A stretch of DNA of 32,000 bases from the NCBI RefSeq assembly GCF_000025505.1, contig NC_013849.1, positions 630,001-662,000 of the forward strand. The letters are read 5' to 3'. Below the pieces are notes generated by a model, which saw nothing but the letters and a program-made list of their open reading frames with translations, was not told the DNA's origin and ran no database searches. Below, piece after piece: positions 8,547-18,114 of this stretch. Numbering within the stretch: the first letter of the stretch is position 1; every line of letters starts with the position of its first letter. The position numbers and the translations under genes are program-made. Origin of the DNA: Ferroglobus placidus DSM 10642 (GTDB lineage Archaea; Halobacteriota; Archaeoglobi; Archaeoglobales; Archaeoglobaceae).

Positions 8547-8635
8547 TGGAAGAGAAAAAAGAGGAGAGAAAATTCATTAAAATTACTTTAAAAGGAGCTG
8601 AAATAAAGGTCAGCGAGGTCATCGTAGAGGAGTAA
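8546..8635 (+). CDS. Putative 29-aa microprotein (MEEKKEERKFIKITLKGAEIKVSEVIVEE)
   Basis: ATG overlaps the cdhC TGA (1 nt) and TAA at 8633-8635 is 4 nt before the cooC ATG. Resembles the CdhC C-terminal tail. Not in the supplied ORF track because of its size. Confidence 0.5.
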   Translation: MEEKKEERKFIKITLKGAEIKVSEVIVEE

Positions 8636-8639
8636 CGCT

Positions 8640-9413
8640 ATGATAATAGCGGTAACCGGAAAAGGAGGAACCGGGAAGACGATATTAGCTGCTCTCCTCA
8701 CTCATTTTATTTCGAAAAAATCGAACAGAGTTTTAGCAGTTGACGCAGATCCCGACAGCAACCTTCCGGACGCGTTAGGCGTGGCTGAGCTCGTAACGAA
8801 AACACTTGGGGAGATCAGAGAAGTTTTTCAGGAAAGCAGGGACGAAATGGGTAGCATGAATAAGGAGCAGTGGCTTGAGGGGAAGATATACAGCGAAGCG
8901 ATATGCGAATGCGACAACTTCGATCTGCTCGTGATGGGTCGTCCTGAGGGAGAGGGTTGCTATTGCTTCGCTAACAATCTTCTTAGAGGCGTGCTGAGGA
9001 AGCTGATGAGGCATTACGATTACATAATTATCGACAGCGAAGCCGGACTCGAGCATTTCAGCAGAAAAACGATTGAAGGAGCTGATTACATCATAGTCGT
9101 AACGGACATGTCCAAGAAGGGCTTGGCTACTGCTAAAAGAATTAAAGAGTTAAGCGAGGAGCTTGAGCTGAACTTCAAGGAAATATATCTCGTCGGAAAC
9201 AGAATTACTAACAAGGAGGCTGAGGAAACAATAAAGAAGTTCGCGGAGGAGAACGGATTGAAACTCCTTGAAATTTTGCCCTACGATGAGAAAATTGCCG
9301 AACTCGATTTGAAGGGATTGCCCGTTACGTTGCTTCCCGAAGATTCCGAATACATGAAGAAGGTTAAAAAAATTGCCGATCATTTTATCGAGTTGAGCGT
9401 GAAGGTGAGGTGA
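8640..9413 (+). CDS. cooC: CO dehydrogenase nickel-insertion ATPase
   Basis: MIIAVTGKGGTGKTILAALLTHF (P-loop, deviant Walker A), 'VDADPDSNLPDALG', 'GRPEGEGCYCFANNLLR' and 'DYIIIDSEAGLEHFSRKT', typical of CooC. Confidence 0.95.
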   Translation: MIIAVTGKGGTGKTILAALLTHFISKKSNRVLAVDADPDSNLPDALGVAELVTKTLGEIREVFQESRDEMGSMNKEQWLEGKIYSEAICECDNFDLLVMGRPEGEGCYCFANNLLRGVLRKLMRHYDYIIIDSEAGLEHFSRKTIEGADYIIVVTDMSKKGLATAKRIKELSEELELNFKEIYLVGNRITNKEAEETIKKFAEENGLKLLEILPYDEKIAELDLKGLPVTLLPEDSEYMKKVKKIADHFIELSVKVR

Positions 9414-9419
9414 ACCTGA

Positions 9420-10787
9420 ATGGCGGAAAAATTCACTCTTGAGGAATTTTTTAACCTTCTCAAGAAGTATAACGTCGAGGAGCTGGAAGGTGTAAGGATT
9501 GAGGGAGATTTGGAGATAGAGATCGAGCCCGGTGCGGCTGTGGATCCCAACACCATAAATGCGCTCTTAGCTTTGACTCAGTACGTAAATCTGATTCAGG
9601 AATTCGGAAAATTCTTGTACCATGCGAACATGGCTTTAACTTACCTCCAGAGATTATCCCAAGCTTTCGGAATTCAGCTGCCGGTAGCTGCTCCACAGCC
9701 TCAGGTTCCTGAGGTAAAGCCAACTGTAGAAGTTCCGAAGATAAAGATTCCGGAGAAGCTGAAAGAGGCGAAGTTCGAACCTTACAAAGTTGAGTATCCG
9801 GGGAAGATAGAGGAAGTCACTCTCGGAGCTACAAGGGCTGAAGGAGGAACAAGAGAAGTAACTATTACAGTTGGAGGGGAGAGAAGCTTAGCATTTTATA
9901 CTTTCGACGCCGAAATGCCTCATCTGCCGGTAATAGCTATAGACGTTTTTGACAGAAGACCTATGCTTGCCAAAGCAGTTAGGGAGCATTACGAAGACGT
10001 TCTCGACGATCCGGCCGAGTGGGCGAGAAAAGCGGTGAGGGAGTTTGGAGCTGATCTTGTTACCCTTCACTTGATAAGCACCGACCCTCTCTTGGACGAC
10101 AGACCGGCAAGTGAAGCTGCTAAGACTGTTGAGGAAGTTCTTCAAGCTGTAAAGGTTCCGCTGATAATAGGTGGGAGTGGAAACAAGGAGAAAGATCCGG
10201 AGGTTCTTGAAAAAGCCGCAGAAGTGGCTGAGGGAGAGAGAGTTATGCTCGCTTCAGCCACTCTGGACATGGACTGGGAGAGAATCGGAAATGCCGCCAA
10301 GAAGTACGGGCATGTCGTGTTGAGCTGGACACAGATGGACATAAACAACCAGAAGACGCTGAACAGATACCTTCTGAAGAGAGTCGGATTGCCGAGGGAC
10401 AGTCTGATAATGGACCCAACGACGGCAGCCCTCGGATACGGTTTGGACTACGCTTTCACCAACATGGAGAGAATAAGAATAAGCGGTTTGAGAGGGGATC
10501 AGGACTTGAACTTCCCGATATCGAGCGGAACAACCAACGCATGGGGAGCGAGAGAAGCTTGGATGAAGGATTCACCGATCGAAGAAGACACGCCTTGGGG
10601 ACCGAGAGAGTTGAGAGGACCGATCTGGGAAATAGTCACCGGATTAACTCTCGCTTTAGCCGGAGTTGACATATTCATGATGATGCATCCGGGAGCTGTG
10701 GCAGTCCTCAAGGAGATAATAAACACTCTCGCAGGAAAAATTGCCGAAAAAGCGGATGAAAATGCTTGGTTAACGATGGAGGGGTGA
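9420..10787 (+). CDS. cdhD: Corrinoid/iron-sulfur protein small subunit (CODH/ACS delta)
   Basis: 'IDVFDRRPMLAKAVREHYEDVLDDPAEWARKAVREFGADLVTLHLISTDPLL...PLIIGGSGNKEKDPEVLEK' and TIM-barrel CFeSP motifs. Confidence 0.95.
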   Translation: MAEKFTLEEFFNLLKKYNVEELEGVRIEGDLEIEIEPGAAVDPNTINALLALTQYVNLIQEFGKFLYHANMALTYLQRLSQAFGIQLPVAAPQPQVPEVKPTVEVPKIKIPEKLKEAKFEPYKVEYPGKIEEVTLGATRAEGGTREVTITVGGERSLAFYTFDAEMPHLPVIAIDVFDRRPMLAKAVREHYEDVLDDPAEWARKAVREFGADLVTLHLISTDPLLDDRPASEAAKTVEEVLQAVKVPLIIGGSGNKEKDPEVLEKAAEVAEGERVMLASATLDMDWERIGNAAKKYGHVVLSWTQMDINNQKTLNRYLLKRVGLPRDSLIMDPTTAALGYGLDYAFTNMERIRISGLRGDQDLNFPISSGTTNAWGAREAWMKDSPIEEDTPWGPRELRGPIWEIVTGLTLALAGVDIFMMMHPGAVAVLKEIINTLAGKIAEKADENAWLTMEG

Positions 10788-10790
10788 AGG

Positions 10791-12206
10791 ATGAAGGTAA
10801 AAAGCCCTCTCGAAATTTACCGCTATCTTCCTCAAACGAACTGCGGCGAGTGCGGTTATGACACCTGCATGAGCTTTGCTGCTCAGATAATAGAGAGAAC
10901 AGTGAAGCCAACTGATTGCCCGCCTCTCGTTAAAGAAGCCGAAAAGAACCCGAAGGTTAAGAAAAAGCTTGAGGAGTTAATAGAGATTACGTCTCCGGAA
11001 GTTAAGGAAGTTATCATCGGGAAAGGAGACAAAGCCGTAAAAATAGGAGGAGAAGACGTACTCCACAGGCACGAGCTTACTTTCTTCAATCCAACAGCTC
11101 TCTTCTACGATGTCTGGGACACCCTCGATGATAAGGAGATAGACGAGAGGTGCAGCAAGGTCGTAGAGTACAGAAAGTTCTACGTCGGTGAATTCCTCAC
11201 GCTGGACGGAATAGCGGTGAGGTGCACCTCTAACGATCCTAAGAGGTTCAGGGAGGTCGTGAAGAGAGTTGCCGGCTACGGAAAACCGATGATTCTTGTA
11301 TCTTTGAATCCGGAGTGCATGAGAGCAGCTTTAGAAGAGGTGGCTGAGGAAAGACCGCTAATCTATGCTGCTACTGAAGACAACTGGAGGGAATTCTTGG
11401 AACTTGCTCTTGAGTTTAAAGTTCCCGTTGTCGTTAGAAGTAAGGACTTAAACAAGCTTAAGAGCTTAGCCGTCACGTTTAAGGAGGCTGGAGTTGAAGA
11501 TATAGTCCTCGATCCGGTAACTGAGCCCGTTGGAGAGGGATTGAAGGGGACCTTCGAGAGAGTTATTCAGCTAAGAAGAACGGCAATACTTGGCGAAGAC
11601 AAGGACGTTGCTTATCCAATTATGATTACTCCAATAGCCGCTTGGGCTTTGGAGGCTGACGAAGTCTCTAAAGCTTACTGGGAAACGGTAATAGCGAGCA
11701 TATTTATAGTTAAGTACGGAGACGTCATGATCCTCCACTGCCTTGAGCCTTACGCAATAATGCCGATCGTAACGCTAAGGTACAACATCTACACAGATCC
11801 GAGAACGCCTGTACAAGTTGAGCCTGGATTGAGAGAGATAAACAATCCTTCTCCGGACGATCCCGTTTTCATAACTACCAACTTCGCTTTAACTTACTAC
11901 ACTGTAGAGAGCGACCTCACCAGCGGAAACATCAAAGGATGGCTGCTCGTTCTCGACACCGAAGGACTTGGAGTTGAGGTCAGCGTTGCCGGAGGGCAGT
12001 TTACGGCTGCTAAGGTCAAGGATCTAATTAAAGAGACGAAAATCGAAGAGAAGGTTAACCATCGCTATTTGATAATTCCCGGACTTGCAGCAAGGCTTCA
12101 GGGTGCTATAGAAGACGAAACGGGCTGGAAAGTTTTAGTGGGTCCGATGGATTCTGGAAGAATAAAAGGCTGGCTCGAACAACACTGGCCACCTAAAGAA
12201 AAATAA
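10791..12206 (+). CDS. cdhE: Corrinoid/iron-sulfur protein large subunit (CODH/ACS gamma)
   Basis: 'PLEIYRYLPQTNCGECGYDTCMSFAAQIIERTVKPTDCPPL' N-terminal Fe-S domain and 'GRIKGWLEQHWPP' C-terminus. Confidence 0.95.
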   Translation: MKVKSPLEIYRYLPQTNCGECGYDTCMSFAAQIIERTVKPTDCPPLVKEAEKNPKVKKKLEELIEITSPEVKEVIIGKGDKAVKIGGEDVLHRHELTFFNPTALFYDVWDTLDDKEIDERCSKVVEYRKFYVGEFLTLDGIAVRCTSNDPKRFREVVKRVAGYGKPMILVSLNPECMRAALEEVAEERPLIYAATEDNWREFLELALEFKVPVVVRSKDLNKLKSLAVTFKEAGVEDIVLDPVTEPVGEGLKGTFERVIQLRRTAILGEDKDVAYPIMITPIAAWALEADEVSKAYWETVIASIFIVKYGDVMILHCLEPYAIMPIVTLRYNIYTDPRTPVQVEPGLREINNPSPDDPVFITTNFALTYYTVESDLTSGNIKGWLLVLDTEGLGVEVSVAGGQFTAAKVKDLIKETKIEEKVNHRYLIIPGLAARLQGAIEDETGWKVLVGPMDSGRIKGWLEQHWPPKEK

Positions 12207-12229
12207 ACCCCTTCCATTTTTTCTCTTAC

Positions 12230-13396
12230 ATGTATTTGCTGAGATGCATAGAGTGCGGGAGCGAATTTGATTCCGATTTTATCTATCAGTGTAGCAAGTG
12301 CAACGGATTGCTTGACGTCGTTTACGATTATTCGGAAATTAAGCTGAATTTTGATGGAAATAATTTGAGCGTTTGGAAGTACAAGGATGCTTTGCCGGTT
12401 AAAATAAAACCGGTTTCCCTTAGGGAAGGGGGGACACCTCTCTACAAAATAGAGAAAATAGAGAGCGGTGTTAAGAACCTCTTCGTCAAACACGAAGGCT
12501 TGAACCCTTCTGGGTCTTTTAAGGATAGAGGGATGACTGTAGGAGTTACCAAAGCTGTTGAACTGAAAATGAGAACAGTTATCTGCGCCTCTACTGGCAA
12601 CACTTCGGCTTCCATGGCTATGTATGCTGCTAAAGCCGGTTTGAGAGCTGTGGTAATACTTCCTTCCGGAAAAGTTGCTCTGGGAAAGCTTGCTCAGGCT
12701 TTAATGCACGGGGCTAAGGTTATAGCTGTAAAAGACAACTTCGACAAAGCTTTGGAGATAGTGAAAAGCTTGGCTATGAGAAAATCACTCTACCTTCTGA
12801 ACTCCATAAATCCCTTCAGGCTTGAGGGGCAAAAAACCATAGCTTACGAAATTTACGATGAGCTCGGTTTCGTTCCTGACGCTATTTTCGTTCCGGTGGG
12901 AAATGCCGGGAACATTTCCGCTATCTACAAAGGTTTTAAGGAGCTTGTAGAGATGGGATATACTGATGAGGTGCCGAGAATGATAGGAGTTCAGGCTAAG
13001 GGAGCTAATCCTATTTACAAAGCTTTTGTGAAAGGAAGCAGGGAAATTGAGCCGGTTAAAAATCCGGAAACAATCGCTACGGCTATAAGAATTGGAGCTC
13101 CAGTTAACGCGAAAAAGGCTTTGAGAGCCATTTACGAATCGAAAGGAGCTGTGATTGAGGTTGGCGACGAGGAAATCGTCGAAGCTCAGAAAATGCTCGC
13201 AGCTAAGGAAGGAATAGGAGTTGAGCCAGCAAGTGCTGCAAGCTTGGCTGGAGCGTTAAAGTTCGAAGAGGAGCTTGAGAGTGCCGTCTGCATAGCAACT
13301 GGCAATTTACTTAAAGACCCAGACGAGGTAATCAGGGTTTGCGGTAAGCCGATTGAAGTGGAAGCAGATGTTGACGTTATAGAAAAGCTTCTTTAA
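12230..13396 (+). CDS. thrC: Threonine synthase
   Basis: N-terminal zinc ribbon 'CIECGSEFDSDFIYQCSKCNG', PLP-binding 'KHEGLNPSGSFKDRGMTVGV', 'CASTGNTSASMAMYAAKAG' and 'VPVGNAGNISAIYKGFKE'. Confidence 0.93.
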   Translation: MYLLRCIECGSEFDSDFIYQCSKCNGLLDVVYDYSEIKLNFDGNNLSVWKYKDALPVKIKPVSLREGGTPLYKIEKIESGVKNLFVKHEGLNPSGSFKDRGMTVGVTKAVELKMRTVICASTGNTSASMAMYAAKAGLRAVVILPSGKVALGKLAQALMHGAKVIAVKDNFDKALEIVKSLAMRKSLYLLNSINPFRLEGQKTIAYEIYDELGFVPDAIFVPVGNAGNISAIYKGFKELVEMGYTDEVPRMIGVQAKGANPIYKAFVKGSREIEPVKNPETIATAIRIGAPVNAKKALRAIYESKGAVIEVGDEEIVEAQKMLAAKEGIGVEPASAASLAGALKFEEELESAVCIATGNLLKDPDEVIRVCGKPIEVEADVDVIEKLL

Positions 13397-13928
13397 ACAC
13401 CTTTTCGAACTTTTTCATTCTTTCGCGACTTTTCAAGAGTTTCTTAACGGCATACTCGTAATTTACTTTCAGAAACTCCTCATCTGCTATCTTACCTTTT
13501 ACGCTAACAACAGCTTCCAACCTTTCCGGAGAGGCAATTTCGACGACCAGCTTTTTGAAAGATATTACTCCGCTCCTCCTAAATCCGGCTTTTTTTGCAA
13601 CGCTCAAAAGCTTCTCAGCAACTTTCAAATCCCTACAGGCTACGTGGACTATCGGCGGGTGCATCATGAGCCACGTTGTTTCCCTTCCTCTTCTCACGGC
13701 ATCAAGCACCTCGTCAAAATCTGGAGGAGAATGCCATTTTCCGAGGAAAACGCTTTCAAGCTTCTCCCCAAAACTCGGCATGTCCATCACGACTATTCTT
13801 CCTGCGCAGCTTGAAAGAGTGACGAAAATTTCGACGGAATTTATCGTCTCCAGCAACTCTCTGATCTCTTCGTCTACATCAGCTCTTTTGAACTCTGAAA
13901 GCTTTTCTTCTCTGAACTTCTCCCACAT
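13377..13928 (-). CDS. taw3: tRNA wybutosine-synthesizing protein 3 homolog (Taw3/TYW3 family methyltransferase)
   Basis: 'TLSSCAGRIVVMD...GKWHSPPDFDEV', 'TWLMMHPPIVHVACRDLKVAEKLLSVAKKAGFRRSGVIS'. The 3' end overlaps thrC by 20 bp convergently. Confidence 0.88.
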   Translation of the reverse strand: MWEKFREEKLSEFKRADVDEEIRELLETINSVEIFVTLSSCAGRIVVMDMPSFGEKLESVFLGKWHSPPDFDEVLDAVRRGRETTWLMMHPPIVHVACRDLKVAEKLLSVAKKAGFRRSGVISFKKLVVEIASPERLEAVVSVKGKIADEEFLKVNYEYAVKKLLKSRERMKKFEKVFKEAFL

Positions 13929-13942
13929 GGAAAAGTAGAAGG

Positions 13943-14221
13943 TTAGAAAATTTCAGCTTTTTGGAGAACGTAAAGTGAAAGAACTCCGACAAACATCGCT
14001 AAAAGTAGGTTTCTGTTTTTTAAAGAGACCAGTAGAACTATCAAAGCGGCTAACGTTTTTTCGTCGAAATTCGTCACGTCAGGAAAGACCAACGCTGCGA
14101 ATATCGACGGAGGAATGTACTTTATGTACCTGTTCTCGATTTTAAATTCTTTGAGCATCGGCAAAGCCCTTGAGAAGTACGTTACTGCGAACATTCCGAA
14201 GATTACGATCGGCTCATCCAT
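13943..14221 (-). CDS. azlD: AzlD-like branched-chain amino acid transport subunit
   Basis: MDEPIVIFGMFAVTYFSRALPMLKEF...IKYIPPSIFAALVFPDV is a small multi-TM AzlD-like protein, translationally overlapping azlC. ATG at 14221 is preferred over the longer ORF start. Confidence 0.75.
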   Translation of the reverse strand: MDEPIVIFGMFAVTYFSRALPMLKEFKIENRYIKYIPPSIFAALVFPDVTNFDEKTLAALIVLLVSLKNRNLLLAMFVGVLSLYVLQKAEIF

Positions 14222-14853
14222 TTCTCCGCTACACCTCCGGCGAAACAGCCTACGAGTGAAGCTACTACGATGTTCCATCCGCTCGGAAGAACTACTGCAA
14301 AGATTCCGGCTGTCAAAGCTGCGATTAGGTCGCTCTTCTCTTTTACGCTCGAAACGAGAATGGATATGAAGAGGGCTGTTAAACCGAAGGGTAAAACTCT
14401 GCTAACGTCTTCTGGCAAAATTGCTCCGAAGAAAATTCCCAACGCAGTTCCGGAAACCCAAGCCGAGTAGCTGAAGAAGTTTAGCTGTAAGTTGTAAGAA
14501 GGGTTGGCTTTCCCCTCCTGAAACCTCTTGGAAGCTACGGCAAACGTTTCATCGGTAATTCCAAAAGAAACTACAGCTTTGATTCTCTTGCTAACTCCTA
14601 TGTAGAATCTCGATAGGTAGCTGCTCATGAGGAGGTGTCTCGAATTAACGAGAAAAGTTGTTAGGACAATTAGCGCTGAAGGACTCTTGTTTGCTATCAT
14701 CTGTAAAGCGATGAACTGAGCAGCTCCAGCGAAAACCAATGCTGACATTAGAACTGCGTTGAAGCCCAAGTATTCTTTGGCTATCATCCCAAATGCGGTA
14801 GAGATTGAGAAGTAGCTGACAACTATCGGAAGCGAATCTTTGAGACTACGCAT
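14203..14853 (-). CDS. azlC: AzlC family permease
   Basis: 'SYFSISTAFGMIAKEYLGF...VFAGAAQFIALQMIAN...TTFLVNSRHLLMSSYLSRF', typical AzlC. Confidence 0.9.
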   Translation of the reverse strand: MRSLKDSLPIVVSYFSISTAFGMIAKEYLGFNAVLMSALVFAGAAQFIALQMIANKSPSALIVLTTFLVNSRHLLMSSYLSRFYIGVSKRIKAVVSFGITDETFAVASKRFQEGKANPSYNLQLNFFSYSAWVSGTALGIFFGAILPEDVSRVLPFGLTALFISILVSSVKEKSDLIAALTAGIFAVVLPSGWNIVVASLVGCFAGGVAEKWMSRS

Positions 14854-14903
14854 AGGCAGAAGTAAGAGGTTCGATATTAAAAACCTCAGGAAAAGTTATT
14901 ATT

Positions 14904-15302
14904 TTGAAAGCAGAATTTGACTTTGTGAGGGAAGAGGTGGAGATTTTTCTCAGTAGGGCGAAAAAGTTTGAAGAATTGGCGAGCGTTGCCTTTGAAAAGA
15001 GGATGTACGACATCGCAGCTTTTCACATTGAGCAATCTCTGCAGTTGTATTTAAAATACATTTTCGCCAAGGAAGTTGGGTATTTCCCGAAAACTCACAG
15101 CTTAAAAAAACTTTTTGAGCAAGCATCAAGTATCGATGAAAAATTTAGAGATTTTTATTATAAAAATGAGATAATTTTAAAAGATATAGAAGACTCGTAC
15201 GTACTTGCGAGATATCTTCCGAGGGAGTACTCGGAAAGCGAGGTCGGTAAGATGTTTGAAATTCTGAGAAAATTTAAGGAGGAGTTTAAGGAATGGATAT
15301 AG
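14904..15302 (+). CDS. HEPN domain protein
   Basis: 'FLSRAKKFEELASVAFEKRMYDIAAFHIEQSLQLYLKYIFAKEVGYFPKTHSLKKLFEQ', HEPN architecture. Start codon TTG 14904 or GTG 14922. Confidence 0.8.
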   Translation: MKAEFDFVREEVEIFLSRAKKFEELASVAFEKRMYDIAAFHIEQSLQLYLKYIFAKEVGYFPKTHSLKKLFEQASSIDEKFRDFYYKNEIILKDIEDSYVLARYLPREYSESEVGKMFEILRKFKEEFKEWI

Positions 15303-15628
15303 TCAAGAAGCTTCTTGAAGAGAGGGAAAAAAGGAGAAAAATATTTGAAAATTATATTTGCTATGCTGAAGAAATCAAGAAAATTGCGAAGAAGTATTTC
15401 GGCGACGCAAGAATCTACGTTTTCGGTTCGGTCGTGGAGAAAAGGTATCACGTGATGCTTTCGGACATCGATATAGCGGTTGTTACATCAAATTTCGACA
15501 AGGAAAGAGCTCTGAAGCTTAAAGTTGAGATTGAGAAGAAGTTTGGGGAAATCTTTCAAATCCACGTTTTGAGCGAGAGGGAATGGAAATTTTACTTAAA
15601 CTTCGTTAAAAAGTTCGTGGAGGTTTAA
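15293..15628 (+). CDS. Minimal nucleotidyltransferase (MNT/Pol-beta fold)
   Basis: 'ARIYVFGSVVEKRYHVMLSDIDIAVVTSNF' carries the GSxxxx...DxD motif. Overlaps the HEPN gene by 10 bp. Confidence 0.85.
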   Translation: MDIVKKLLEEREKRRKIFENYICYAEEIKKIAKKYFGDARIYVFGSVVEKRYHVMLSDIDIAVVTSNFDKERALKLKVEIEKKFGEIFQIHVLSEREWKFYLNFVKKFVEV

Positions 15629-15633
15629 AAAAT

Positions 15634-16671
<1,038 letters not shown>

Positions 16672-16719
16672 TTATTCAATCGAAACTTCAATTTACTTTG
16701 TTGAAAACTGTCATTTGAG

Positions 16720-18102
16720 ATGAGGAAAACGAAAATCGTCGCAACACTCGGTCCATCGAGCGAGAGTTACGAAGTTATTGAAAAGCTCGTCCAGGCTGGA
16801 ATGGATGTGGCGAGAATAAACATGGCTTTCGGCAGTAGAAGATATCACTCGAAACTTATCGAAGCCGTTAGAGAAGCGTCCGAAGAAGTAAGGAGAAATG
16901 TGGCAATTCTCGGAGACCTTTCCGGAGCTAAATTGAGAATAGGCGAATTGAAAAAGCCGTTGACGCTCCACAGAGGAGAGAGTGTTGTGATTGTTAAGAG
17001 TGAAAGTGGCGAGGACGCAATTCCCGTTCCCCATTCGGAGTTCTTCGAGAGAGTTAAAGCTGGAGAAATTATTCATCTTGCTGACGGATCGATAAAACTG
17101 AGGGTAATCGAAGTTGAAAAGAGTAAGGTGGTTGCTGAAGTAATCGAGGGTGGAGTGCTTACCTCTTACAAGGGTATAAGCTTTCCCGGGCTTTGTAGAG
17201 TTGGACTGACCAAAAAAGACATCCGAGATCTCGAATTCTTACTTGGAAAGGAGGTTGAACTAATTGCTCTTTCTTTCGTAACATCTAAAGAGGACGTGCT
17301 GAAGTTAAAGGAGCTTGCTGAAGAAACAGCAGTTATTGCGAAAATAGAGAGGAGGGAAGCCGTGGAAAATCTCGGCGAGATAGTGAAGGCTTCCGACGGA
17401 ATAATGATCGCAAGAGGGGATTTGGGAGTGGAAGTCTCCATTGAGGAGGTGCCGGTAATACAGAAGAGAGCGATAAAGCTTGCCAACGAAGAGGGGAAAT
17501 TTGCCATTACCGCAACGCAGATGCTGAAGTCAATGGTCGTTCAAAAAGAGCCGACGAGAGCCGAAGTAACTGATGTTGCCAATGCGGTTCTCGATGGAAG
17601 CGACGCTTTAATGCTTTCCGAGGAGACGGCATCGGGAAACTATCCGGTGGAGGCTGTGAAAATTATGGACAGAATAATCAGAAGAGCGGAATCCATTTAC
17701 CATTATCTGCAAGAGAGAAGCGTGAGAAGCGTAACGGAAGCCATAGCGTATTCGGCAGCCAGAATTTCCGAGGAACTAAAAGCTGAGGCTATAGTAGTCT
17801 TTACGAGAACCGGGTCTTCAGCTATTCAAATTTCGAGGTTTAGACCGAGGGCGAAAATTTTGGTCGTGGCTCACGACAAAAGAACGCTTAGGAAATCGTC
17901 TATCGTCTGGGGTTGCCATCCGCTTTGCTCGGTCCCTCCGAAAGGGAACGTTGATGAACTAATCTCCGAGGCGATAAGTACTGCCGTTGAGAGGAAATTG
18001 GTTAAAAAAGACAGTCTTGTTGTAGTTACTTCCGGAATGCCTTTTGGCGAGCCGGGAACGACTAATACGATAAAGGTTCTCAGAGTCGATGACGTAGTTT
18101 GA
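16720..18102 (+). CDS. pyk: Pyruvate kinase
   Basis: 'TKIVATLGPSSESYEVIEKLVQAGMDVARIN', 'VIAKIERREAVENLGEIVKASDGIMIARGDLGVEV', 'TATQMLKSMVVQKEPTRAEVTDVANAVLDGSDALMLSEETASGNYP'. Confidence 0.9.
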   Translation: MRKTKIVATLGPSSESYEVIEKLVQAGMDVARINMAFGSRRYHSKLIEAVREASEEVRRNVAILGDLSGAKLRIGELKKPLTLHRGESVVIVKSESGEDAIPVPHSEFFERVKAGEIIHLADGSIKLRVIEVEKSKVVAEVIEGGVLTSYKGISFPGLCRVGLTKKDIRDLEFLLGKEVELIALSFVTSKEDVLKLKELAEETAVIAKIERREAVENLGEIVKASDGIMIARGDLGVEVSIEEVPVIQKRAIKLANEEGKFAITATQMLKSMVVQKEPTRAEVTDVANAVLDGSDALMLSEETASGNYPVEAVKIMDRIIRRAESIYHYLQERSVRSVTEAIAYSAARISEELKAEAIVVFTRTGSSAIQISRFRPRAKILVVAHDKRTLRKSSIVWGCHPLCSVPPKGNVDELISEAISTAVERKLVKKDSLVVVTSGMPFGEPGTTNTIKVLRVDDVV

Positions 18103-18114
18103 AAAATGTCTTCT

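Noticed and set aside
12098-12493. 131-aa minus-strand ORF spanning the cdhE/thrC junction
   Set aside because: It overlaps the 3' end of cdhE and the zinc-ribbon-encoding start of thrC, both well supported.
14222-14278. N-terminal extension of the AzlD ORF (MEHRSSFTRRLFRRRCSGE)
   Set aside because: It overlaps the azlC coding sequence heavily and is basic and non-hydrophobic. The internal ATG at 14221 gives a normal AzlD start.
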